DNA of 18,974 nt. Origin: a virus. Under the pieces are notes generated by a model, which saw only the letters and a program-made list of their open reading frames with translations, did no database searches and had not been told where the DNA came from. The stretch lies in IMG/VR virus record IMGVR_UViG_3300045988_008842, positions 1 through 18,974 of that record; one strand, given 5' to 3'. Shown here piece after piece: positions 5,641-13,465 of this stretch. Position 1 is the first letter of the stretch; each line of letters begins with the position of its first letter. Both the position numbers and the translations under genes were made by a program.

Positions 5641-5819
5641 TGGTTTGCTCCTTTGGTTTCACGGATGAGGGTTTCCAGTTGGTGTATGAGTCGGTCGATC
5701 ATCACCATTGCCCGATTATATCCGTCGCGCAGATCGGACGGGGTATCGTCGGCGTAGAGAGGTAGCCCGTAGGTTGTGGTGCGCCCGTACATGTCGCGGT
5801 TTTCGTCATTTTCATTCAT
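5637..5819 (-). CDS. 60-aa protein that is a stand-alone copy of the fibre N-terminal anchor module
   Basis: TTTYGLPLYADDTPSDLRDGYNRAMVMIDRLIHQLETLI aligns with KTDNYGLNLYGDSDPADLRDGYNGSMRTIDSTLETHLNRI of the next gene. Its stop overlaps the fibre ATG (ATGA at 5637-5640). Its own ATG overlaps the upstream stop by 8 nt. Confidence 0.6.
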   Translation of the reverse strand: MNENDENRDMYGRTTTYGLPLYADDTPSDLRDGYNRAMVMIDRLIHQLETLIRETKGANQ

Positions 5820-6447
5820 GGTCTTCTCTTTCTCTGATGTAGATACAGTTCCCGCAAGAATAAAAATCGGTCACCCCGTCCGTGACTATCGTTCCGGCTG
5901 GGGTGCGCCCTAGGCTCAGGGAAAAATAAAACGGCAGAGCAAGCCCCGTCAATGTCCCCGTGGCGGCATATGAGAAATACAATGGGACCAGGATATTCGG
6001 CACGCCCCTACCGACGGTGTCCTTCATCGCCATGTTGACTAGTGTCGTCTGGAAGGTATTCCAGGGCCCCGGTGTTCCCTGTTTTTTATCGCCCACCACC
6101 CACAGCAGCCCGAACGATGGAAGATAGGCGGCGGGGGTTACCCCATTTACAAGTGAGTTGAGAAATGCGATGTACGCGACTTTGAGTTGTTCACTCCACA
6201 CGAGAATGACCTGATCCTCAAGCGTTGTTGTCACTGGAGTCGTTAGAATGTCGTTTATGGACAACACTGTCCCCCACGGTAGTGTTGCCGTCACGTTCAT
6301 GTTGTCCGTATCCTTTTGCACTTCGAACCCCGCTTGAGAGCATACTTCATCGAGCGCGATATTAAGCTGGGTTCTGAAGTCGCGGCCTTCTGAATCTTTC
6401 AAACCACGAACGGTTATCGAGCTTATCGTTTTTTTGATATCCATCAT
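5812..6447 (-). CDS. Hypothetical tail/receptor-binding module protein (211 aa)
   Basis: The start is trimmed to MMDIKK (ATG 6447), preceded by GAAGGGGG and overlapping the upstream stop (ATGA). No motif was recognised. Its position between the collar and fibre genes suggests a structural tail role. Confidence 0.6.
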   Translation of the reverse strand: MMDIKKTISSITVRGLKDSEGRDFRTQLNIALDEVCSQAGFEVQKDTDNMNVTATLPWGTVLSINDILTTPVTTTLEDQVILVWSEQLKVAYIAFLNSLVNGVTPAAYLPSFGLLWVVGDKKQGTPGPWNTFQTTLVNMAMKDTVGRGVPNILVPLYFSYAATGTLTGLALPFYFSLSLGRTPAGTIVTDGVTDFYSCGNCIYIREREDHE

Positions 6448-7070
6448 TCCCCCTTCTTTTCGTGGACAATGAAATATGTTGCTTGGGTCCCCGGTGACGT
6501 GGCTCTGTCGATTGGGATATATCCTTTTTCCGGTGATGCCGGTGGCGGTGTCGGTCGCTGATTCTGAGGTCGGGGCGTTACCCGCGGTTCTTCGTTGCCG
6601 AAAATCTCGCGATTGCCTAACACCGCCCAAGTGATGCAATCATGCTGTGCCGCCTGAGCCGTGGTTACGGTAGCCATCTGATTAACCCGCGCGCCGAATA
6701 CGGCAAGTTCGCGGTACATGTCTCGATTAGTGTTTTTCGAGTCTTCGTACTTGCCACGTGTCGGATTATAGGTAAGGGCACTGTCTTCGTATTGTCCGAC
6801 TTGCCTTTCCAAGTCGTCCAAAGTTTCATTGATGCGCTCGAATTGCTCGTTGAAACCGGCTATCAGCTGCTTGATGGCTTCGACGTCCGCGTTCTCGTCC
6901 TTGGCGAGATTGTCGAGCTGTTCCCTGAGCTGGTCGAGATGTTCGGCCACCTCCTGCACGTATCCTAATACGGTCAACGTGTCTCGGTATGAAAACGGTT
7001 GCACGGTGGTGAAATACCGTTGCCGCGGGTCGACATCCAAGGGCGCGGCGCACATGTTGATTCCGTCCAT
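6444..7070 (-). CDS. Hypothetical tail protein with central coiled coil and Pro-rich C-terminus (208 aa)
   Basis: The start is trimmed to MDGINM (ATG 7070), with GGAGG 5 nt upstream. A heptad-like acidic segment reads AEHLDQLREQLDNLAKDENADVEAIKQLIAGFNEQFERINETLDDLERQ. It shares the short string N-x-NRDMY with the 60-aa protein. Confidence 0.6.
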   Translation of the reverse strand: MDGINMCAAPLDVDPRQRYFTTVQPFSYRDTLTVLGYVQEVAEHLDQLREQLDNLAKDENADVEAIKQLIAGFNEQFERINETLDDLERQVGQYEDSALTYNPTRGKYEDSKNTNRDMYRELAVFGARVNQMATVTTAQAAQHDCITWAVLGNREIFGNEEPRVTPRPQNQRPTPPPASPEKGYIPIDRATSPGTQATYFIVHEKKGE

Positions 7071-7103
7071 ATATCCTCCAATCTGTCTCAAGTCAAGTAT
7101 ACT

Positions 7104-7916
7104 CTAATGGCCGAGATTATAGGCAAGACTCGTGCTGTAAAGCTGTGGCACGTTGGTCATATTGTCGCCACTCCCCCACATGCCCATAAACAGATCTTCA
7201 AGCGAGTTAATGACCATCATGTCAATATTGAGCATGGTATTGCGCCAATCCTGCAAGAGCTGGGACTGGGACCCGCTGGTTCCCAGGGTATGCGACGTGG
7301 AATTGCCCTTGTCGGACGAATGCGCATAATCCGTGTTGCTCGTGCTGGTTGCGGTGGCCGTGCTGTCCTGCTGGGTTGCCGTATGCGTGTTGCCCGTCGA
7401 GTCCGTTTGTGATGCGGTTGTGGCGTACTTGCGAAAATCGTCAAGGCGAGTCTGCGGGAGCTCGGAATTAAAAGTCATTGACGAATTGTCGGCCGTGGTG
7501 TCGGACGTGCTGTTAGCCGTAGACTCGTTCGACTGTGTGCCGCTCGATTTTCCGCTGGACTCGTTAACACTGGTAGAGTCCATCGACTGCTTAATATCGG
7601 ACGTAATAAAGGGGTCAAACTCGCGCTGGGCGGACAGATAGAGTTGGTTGAAATAGTCCATCTGCTCCCGCATGGTACGCCCCAAATAAAAGACGAACAT
7701 TTGCGGCGTTTCCGAACCGATTTCACGCAATGCGTAGTGTGCCACGATTTTCTCGTTCAATTTCGCCCTATAGTTTTCGTCGAAAATCGGGTAATATTGA
7801 GCGCTCAAATGCAGTTTTTCATCCGTATCGAAACCGCGTGCGATCAGATTGCCCAAAGTCAAGGTATAATCCGCCATGCTGTCTTTAACCGCATACATGC
7901 TCAAATCTTGCACCAT
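7104..7916 (-). CDS. Lower collar protein, phi29 gp11-like (270 aa)
   Basis: The start is trimmed to MVQDLS (ATG 7916), preceded by AAGGAGGAGGA and overlapping the portal stop (TAATG). The N-terminal pattern YYPIFDENYRAKLNEKIVAHYALREIGSETPQMF resembles the lower collar family of phi29-like phages. It has a long Ser/Thr-rich central region. Position immediately after the portal supports the call. Confidence 0.7.
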   Translation of the reverse strand: MVQDLSMYAVKDSMADYTLTLGNLIARGFDTDEKLHLSAQYYPIFDENYRAKLNEKIVAHYALREIGSETPQMFVFYLGRTMREQMDYFNQLYLSAQREFDPFITSDIKQSMDSTSVNESSGKSSGTQSNESTANSTSDTTADNSSMTFNSELPQTRLDDFRKYATTASQTDSTGNTHTATQQDSTATATSTSNTDYAHSSDKGNSTSHTLGTSGSQSQLLQDWRNTMLNIDMMVINSLEDLFMGMWGSGDNMTNVPQLYSTSLAYNLGH

Positions 7917-8854
7917 TAGTCCTCCTCCTTGTTGCCTTCGACATCCAGCAAACCGCCGCTGGTGGTGTCGTTCCATTCGATACCGATCGGCTTCCCGGAG
8001 TCGGCCATTTGCGGCCACAACCGGTTGATCGTGTCGCACGCCTGCTGACGAGCCTTGAGATAGCTCAACCGGAACACGTTCGTACGTGAGTTACCAGCCG
8101 TCACTTCCGATTCAAGCAGTCGTTCCTTCTTTTCCGTGGTGCTGTTGTCAATACCAAGATAGTTCACGAGTTCGTTCCAGATCTGCGTTTTCGTGGTGAT
8201 GATCTTGTCAGCAAGAAATGGGGTGACGTTCGGGAACGTTTGGAACATGCCGGTAATATCCGCCGAATCGTACGTATAAATGTACGGGTCGCCGTCTTCC
8301 CTCGCCTTCACTAGGTTTTGGGCGGTCAATTTGTTGGTTTCGGACGTTGCGATAATCAACGGCACGCTGATGTTGTCCAAATTCACGTCCAAAGCGCGGT
8401 CTGCGATGGCGAGTCGTGTGGCGTAATTCCACATGACATCAATCATGGTGCAACGTAATTGGTTGTCCCAAATCGGCACGCATTCCTTCGACCCTATTTG
8501 CGGGTGCGAGTAGTTCGTGGCTACGGGCTGAAACGAGGTCGGATTATTATAATTGTTGACTCCGCCGATATTGCCGGACGTGACCATGAAACGGTGTACA
8601 CCCTTGCGTTTGTCGGGGAAGAAGAGGGCCAACCCGTTCTCGAACAGGGTCAGTTCCAAATATCGTTCGTCGATATACGGTGGCAGGTTGACCCATTTGA
8701 ACCGGGAGACTGCCAACATCTCAATCAGCTTCATGTACTGGTTGATTCTCAGGCTTTGCCGCATTTCAGGTAGGTTCAAATTGCCCCACATTGAACCTAA
8801 TACGCTTTGATTGTCCCAGTGTGCCGCCTTACGCGCGTTGTTGCGCTTGCTCAT
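7916..8854 (-). CDS. Portal / upper collar connector, phi29 gp10-like (312 aa)
   Basis: [23 protein letters not shown] aligns with phi29 gp10 [34 protein letters not shown] aligns with EKKERMVTDEV. I prefer the start MSKRNNARK (ATG 8854, AGGA 8 nt upstream). The alternative ATG 8902 has no RBS and overlaps a TATAAT hexamer. Confidence 0.88.
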   Translation of the reverse strand: [312 protein letters not shown]

Positions 8855-8907
8855 GGTCACCGTCCTATAAATAATGGAGAGAGTTTTCTTGACTCCCTCC
8901 ATTATAT

Positions 8908-11142
8908 CTAGTATGCGATACCGGATAGTGGCGTATTGTCCGCATAATCGGTGACGCCGATTTTATCGGGGTCGGTCCATACCGTCACGCCCGATTCAAA
9001 AATGCCCTTCACTGTAAGCCGGTATTCTTCCGGGCACGTCGAGCTACGCACATACAATTCGTGCAGTTTCCAATATGTAAAATTGGACATTGCCATCAAA
9101 TTCGTAGGAAGTTGCATGAAACGTTGCACATAGTAGCCGTACCTTAACCACACTTCACCAATGGCTTGCATGGCGGCTGGGGGAATCTGCCGGAACCGCA
9201 CCATGACACCAATCAGGCCGTTAGCCAAATTGAACGCGTCACCGCCTAATGCGCCGGACGTGGTTGGCGGTACGGTTTGGGTCTGTTGTACTTGGGCGTT
9301 GATGCCGGCGATCGTGTTTCCATAATCGCCTTGCGCGGTGGCCTGCGCGAGTTGTCGGTTCATGTCCGCGAGCTGCGTTGTCTGTTGGTTGGACAGATTG
9401 GTTTGCGCGAGACTGTAGGCGTTGGCCTGCGAGGTCGAAGCGTTGTTGGTGGTTTGCGTGTTCGCAAGTTGCTGATTAGCGGTCGATACGTTGTTGTTGT
9501 AGGTTTGCTGGTTCGTCCACGCGCCGATAGCAGTGCCCGCCACTGCACCGGCCACACCGCCAATATTGCCCGTGACTGCGGAACCCACCGCGTTCGCCAC
9601 GCCACTGCCGATCGTATTCAATTGCGCCATCTGATTATTGAAACCGAGGTTTTTCAGTGTCAAGTCGGTGCCCATCTGCGCAGCCTGGTTGCTGATCGCG
9701 TTCATCGCGTTGCGGTTCGACGTGCCGAGCCGGTTTTGGGCGCTTGCATACTGTGTGCCGAGTTGTGCTTGAGCGTAGGCGTTGTTGATACCCATCTGCG
9801 TTTTCTGAAAACTCCAGTCCGCGCTTTGTTGGGCGTATTGGCGCGTGTACGCGCTGTTTGCAAGCGCCAAAGCTGACCCGTTATTTACCGCCATAAATGT
9901 AGGGAAATTGGTGATGCCGAAGGACGCGTTGAGCATTTCGCCCGTATCGATGGGCAATCCAAGACCGTTCGGCAACGGTTGGCGTTCTCCAAGATTTCCC
10001 GCATGATATCCGCGCGCGTAGAAATTCAGGCGCGGAGACGGTGGCGCGTAATTCCACGATTCTCGAATAATCAGGTCAGCGGACGGAATCTGTTCCGGCT
10101 CGTATGTGATCACGGTGCCGTTCAGGCACGAGCATTCGATGTAGGCATATGGCGCTGTGAGGAATTTTTTCAGATACTTGTAGCGTTCCGGCAACTGGAA
10201 TGCGTCCCGAAAATCCTTAATATCGATAATATCTTCATATCTGTCAGAAGAATTCGCGACATTACCGGTAAGTAGCCAGCATGACCCCGACCATTGCACA
10301 TCCTGCCCGAACAATTTCGGATTTTTGGCGGCATGGTTTTCAAGCATTTTCGTTGGAATGGTCGGCACCATGTAAATCCCGCATATGCCTTGTGTAGCCC
10401 ACGGTTTCGTAGACCCTGCCCCGAAGAATCTAAAAATATCGGACGTGTTGTCTAAATAGTAGAGTTCCGTACCGTTCATCTGGTTTTCAAACGTACTTCC
10501 GGTAGCGCTCTGGATAGTAGGGTTGTCTTTGGTTCCCGCGTCGGCTTCTAGCTTTACGGTGGTGGCAATGATAATGCCATACGAGTATGCCGAGTTTGAC
10601 TTAGCACCCATCAATGGGTGCCATGACTCATTGGTCAGTACGGTGCATTTGCCGGTGTCGAGTCCTTCGGGAAGATCCAAATACGTTTTTCCATAGTCTT
10701 TCCAGGCGTTCTCGTTCGCAATGCCCACATGGCCGCGTTCGACATAGGCGTTGCCCAATTGAATATCATGCTGGAATGACTGCCACACATCCAATTGGAT
10801 ATTGAGCTGTGTGGTGTGTGCGTTCACATAATCGCATGTCTGGATGAAATAATACCAACTGCGGGGGGTGTCGAAGTCATAGTCGTTCGTCGCGATCAGA
10901 TAATTGTACCGACATGCTTGGGCGAACGGCACCGGTAGTCGTACCGGAAGGCCATATTTCGCCATAGTGCAGTCGGTGAACTCGATACCGTCCAATCGGT
11001 CGAAATAATCTCTTTGAGCTTGCTCGCTCCATCTGACTATATCCCTATAACCCATGTCCCACGGGACGTTGCAGAGTTTGAATCTGGTGTTTGGTGTCCA
11101 TTTCGCATAGCTGAAGTTTATAGGCAAGTCGTTCGCGCTCAT
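8908..11142 (-). CDS. Tail knob / distal tube protein, phi29 gp9-like (744 aa)
   Basis: The N-terminal pattern NVPWDMGYRD ... YNYLIATNDYDFDTPRSWYYFIQTCDYVNAHTTQLNIQLDVWQSF matches phi29 gp9 (DVPFSNDYKN ... [41 protein letters not shown]). It carries a long Q/N/A-rich insertion with a Gly/Ala hydrophobic core. AGGAGA RBS. Confidence 0.85.
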   Translation of the reverse strand: MSANDLPINFSYAKWTPNTRFKLCNVPWDMGYRDIVRWSEQAQRDYFDRLDGIEFTDCTMAKYGLPVRLPVPFAQACRYNYLIATNDYDFDTPRSWYYFIQTCDYVNAHTTQLNIQLDVWQSFQHDIQLGNAYVERGHVGIANENAWKDYGKTYLDLPEGLDTGKCTVLTNESWHPLMGAKSNSAYSYGIIIATTVKLEADAGTKDNPTIQSATGSTFENQMNGTELYYLDNTSDIFRFFGAGSTKPWATQGICGIYMVPTIPTKMLENHAAKNPKLFGQDVQWSGSCWLLTGNVANSSDRYEDIIDIKDFRDAFQLPERYKYLKKFLTAPYAYIECSCLNGTVITYEPEQIPSADLIIRESWNYAPPSPRLNFYARGYHAGNLGERQPLPNGLGLPIDTGEMLNASFGITNFPTFMAVNNGSALALANSAYTRQYAQQSADWSFQKTQMGINNAYAQAQLGTQYASAQNRLGTSNRNAMNAISNQAAQMGTDLTLKNLGFNNQMAQLNTIGSGVANAVGSAVTGNIGGVAGAVAGTAIGAWTNQQTYNNNVSTANQQLANTQTTNNASTSQANAYSLAQTNLSNQQTTQLADMNRQLAQATAQGDYGNTIAGINAQVQQTQTVPPTTSGALGGDAFNLANGLIGVMVRFRQIPPAAMQAIGEVWLRYGYYVQRFMQLPTNLMAMSNFTYWKLHELYVRSSTCPEEYRLTVKGIFESGVTVWTDPDKIGVTDYADNTPLSGIAY

Positions 11143-11151
11143 AAAAGTTCT

Positions 11152-11193
11152 CCTAAAAATAATAGGTGTGAATAAAGTCTATCCACACCTATT
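11152..11193 (-). terminator. Intrinsic terminator downstream of the major capsid gene
   Basis: On the minus strand a 10-bp stem (11193-11184 / 11170-11161) with a 13-nt loop is followed by ATTTTTA. The tail-knob RBS follows. A partial terminator after the capsid gene is a common way to set the capsid:tail ratio. Confidence 0.6.
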
Positions 11194-11213
11194 TTAGCGG
11201 CTGGTTATCATCG

Positions 11214-12929
11214 CTATGCGATGACGGTGACCTTTGCCGTTCCGACAGCTCCCGCAAACTTCACAGAGACGTTGGCAGTGCCCGCTACGGTTCCTGTCAA
11301 CACTCCGTTAGGGGTGACGGTCGCGTGGGCGTCCACCGTCCACATGGCGAGATTGGTGACGTCTGCTGTGTTGCCGTCCGTCTTGGTGGCGATCGCCTTA
11401 AGAACCACATTGCCGTTCACTTTGACCGACGTTCCGCCCTGAATCTCAACGGACTCGATGGCACCAGTTTTCCAACCGCCCAACCATTCTCCGACCACGG
11501 GCACGGATAGTGCGGCGGAAACCGTCTGGTCGATTTCAGGCGTGGCCGGATTGATGTAGGTAGCCTGGGCGGTGACCTTAAGCGTTTCGGCGGTTTCATC
11601 CAAACCACAACGGAGGATACCGTCGTTATCAATGGTCGTGAACTGGGAGGTTGCGCCCTCGACAGCATATTTAATGCCTGTCGGCTGGAACGTCGCCGTC
11701 TCCTTGTTGGCGCTCGTAATAGTGGACACCACCTGCACCAGGTCGCCACGGGACACGTTCTGCGGAGTGATGGCGAGCTGACCGTATTTCTGCACGCGCA
11801 ACTCGAATACCGGCGTTGAGGTGGTGAGCGTATCCGGCAACGTCACGGACTCATTGGAGCCTTCACCGGTCCAGAAAAGAATCGCGTTCGCAAACGGATT
11901 AGGAGTAATGCTACCACGATGCTTATAGAAAATGTTGCGCGTGCCGTCAATCGGGTTCACGGGAGAATTGGTGGTCTCCAGCATTTCATCCCAGCAGAAG
12001 AAGAAGTCCTCCGTGGTAAGCACTGCCTGAACCTTGCCACCCTGTCCGCCAATACCAAACATATCCTCCGGAATCGGAATGATACGATACGGGACGTTCA
12101 CTTTATCAATGTTGAATGCGGCGGCCAATGCTTCGACGTTGAGCGCGGCGATAACCTGCGGAGTGGCGAACAAGATCGCTTCACTATCTCGCCATGGCGT
12201 GACCCACGACATGGCGTTATACCGCGGCATGGCGCTCATTGGCGACGCCTTCAATTCGTTCGCCATCTGCTGAATGAGGCGCAGTAGACCCCTCGCGTCC
12301 GCTTCGGTCGAGTCGGCCTTACCAACGTCGGGGGTATGCACGCGGTAGAAACCGCCCTTACGAGCGTACTCCGCAAACGTCTGCGTCTTCATGAGATACA
12401 TATCGTTTCTATCCGAGAGGATAGGTGCGTTCATGATTTCAGCGATATAATCCGACATGCCCGACTCACCGTCGAAAGCCGTCAGCAGCGCATCCTCTGG
12501 AATGGTGACGGGGTAATAATGGTCAAAAGTCAGGGGGTGGAACACGCTTGCAGTCGGAAGCGAGTAGCGGCCATACACATCGTCGCCCAAATATTCCTTA
12601 TTGAAGTTACGGGTGCGTGCCTTGACGAGGCCGACTGCCGCCTGTTCGTAGGTGGAGCCGTAGCGCTTGAGGGTGCGCGGGGAACCGATCAGTTTGAGCG
12701 GGTCATCCCAGTCGGCGTGCTGAATGTATAAGCCGATGAGACGCTGGATGAGTACGCCGGTGAACTCGTCGCGCAAATAGGGGAAGTTGCGCATGGTGTC
12801 CACGGCGTTCCGAATATTGCCTTGCGTTGCCGATGGGATACGGGTCTGGAACTGGGGGCTGGTGGCGTTTCGGACGGCATTGAAGATCTCAACGTCACCC
12901 TTGCCAGCCAATGGTCGAATATTAGACAT
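11214..12929 (-). CDS. Major capsid protein with C-terminal Ig-like (Big_2-type) domain (571 aa)
   Basis: Its size and its position after the scaffold gene match phi29 gp8, which also carries a C-terminal Ig-like domain. The C-terminus VTVTPNGVLTGTVAGTANVSVKFAGAVGTAKVTVIA is typical of Big_2. GGAG RBS. It is followed by a terminator. Confidence 0.8.
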   Translation of the reverse strand: MSNIRPLAGKGDVEIFNAVRNATSPQFQTRIPSATQGNIRNAVDTMRNFPYLRDEFTGVLIQRLIGLYIQHADWDDPLKLIGSPRTLKRYGSTYEQAAVGLVKARTRNFNKEYLGDDVYGRYSLPTASVFHPLTFDHYYPVTIPEDALLTAFDGESGMSDYIAEIMNAPILSDRNDMYLMKTQTFAEYARKGGFYRVHTPDVGKADSTEADARGLLRLIQQMANELKASPMSAMPRYNAMSWVTPWRDSEAILFATPQVIAALNVEALAAAFNIDKVNVPYRIIPIPEDMFGIGGQGGKVQAVLTTEDFFFCWDEMLETTNSPVNPIDGTRNIFYKHRGSITPNPFANAILFWTGEGSNESVTLPDTLTTSTPVFELRVQKYGQLAITPQNVSRGDLVQVVSTITSANKETATFQPTGIKYAVEGATSQFTTIDNDGILRCGLDETAETLKVTAQATYINPATPEIDQTVSAALSVPVVGEWLGGWKTGAIESVEIQGGTSVKVNGNVVLKAIATKTDGNTADVTNLAMWTVDAHATVTPNGVLTGTVAGTANVSVKFAGAVGTAKVTVIA

Positions 12930-12949
12930 TATGTTATCTCCTAACTATT

Positions 12950-13237
12950 TTAGTCGAACAAATCTTCGATAGATTCGGTGCTGTCATTGTCTCCGTCGCC
13001 GTCATTGTCGGACGGTGCGGGGTCATTGTAGCCGAGCGTGTCCATCATGGCTTTCAGTCCGGCCAATTCCTTTTCGATCGCGTCAAGGCGGGCGGAAACG
13101 TCCGGCTCCTGTTTCAGATCCGGTTCCGGCTCGGGTTCTTTCGGCTTTACTTCATCATCTACGGTTTCGGTTTGCTGTTCCTCTTCGGTCGGCGGCGGAG
13201 TGGTGGTTTCCTCGCCGTCATTGTCTGGGTCTGCCAT
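12950..13237 (-). CDS. Putative scaffolding protein (95 aa, very acidic, helical core)
   Basis: It is the first gene after the late promoter and immediately upstream of the capsid gene, like phi29 gp7 (98 aa). It has D/E/P/T-rich termini and a helical core LDAIEKELAGLKAMMDTL. AGGAG RBS. The assignment rests on position and composition only. Confidence 0.5.
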   Translation of the reverse strand: MADPDNDGEETTTPPPTEEEQQTETVDDEVKPKEPEPEPDLKQEPDVSARLDAIEKELAGLKAMMDTLGYNDPAPSDNDGDGDNDSTESIEDLFD

Positions 13238-13272
13238 ACAAACTCCTAACGATTGGCAATAGTTTCATAGAA

Positions 13273-13281
13273 ATTATATCA
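13273..13281 (-). promoter_or_regulatory. Late promoter, extended -10 TGaTATAAT
   Basis: The minus strand reads CATGATATAAT, directly after the early/ncRNA terminator and about 36 nt upstream of the scaffold ATG (13237). Confidence 0.55.
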
Positions 13282-13288
13282 TGTCGTA

Positions 13289-13322
13289 AGAAAATAAAAT
13301 GACCCCGCAATCACGCGGGGTC
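13289..13322 (-). terminator. Intrinsic terminator ending the early operon / ncRNA
   Basis: On the minus strand GACCCCGC (13322-13315) pairs with GCGGGGTC (13308-13301) around a 6-nt loop, followed by ATTTTATTTT (13300-13291). Confidence 0.8.
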
Positions 13323-13460
13323 GAAACGTCTTATGTGAGCGCGAGTTGAAGATCGTAGGGCACTACCGCCACGATAATGATTTTCACAGTCGGCGGCATT
13401 CTCAGCCGTGGCAGTCCGACTCATGTTGCTCCCAGTCGAAAATCGACGCTCAGGAAGACT
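13291..13460 (-). ncRNA. Candidate prohead/packaging RNA (pRNA-like), about 165-170 nt
   Basis: It has its own extended -10 promoter and terminator and no ORF. By hand fold, the 5'/3' ends pair in a helix with an internal loop. There is also a stem with an 8-nt bulge loop ACUGCCAC and a hairpin with loop GGUAGU complementary to that bulge over 6 nt. A 3' terminal hairpin forms a separate domain. See the first finding for coordinates. Confidence 0.5.
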
Positions 13461-13465
13461 CAATT

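Noticed and set aside
4964-5757. Long + strand ORFs (4964..5596, 5290..5757) and the alternative-frame minus ORF 5193..5537 over the fibre repeat region
   Set aside because: They are shadow frames of the Ala/Thr-rich GC-rich repeats, giving Ala/Ser/Val or Arg/Pro-rich low-complexity translations. The annotated frame carries the SGNH motifs and the anchor homology.
7095-7122. The -10-like hexamers TATACT (about 7100-7095) and TATAAT (about 7122-7117) before the 208-aa gene, and TATAAT at 8906-8901 before the portal gene
   Set aside because: They lack the TG extension shared by the other six candidate promoters and have no -35. They may be fortuitous in AT-richer junctions, so I did not list them as features.
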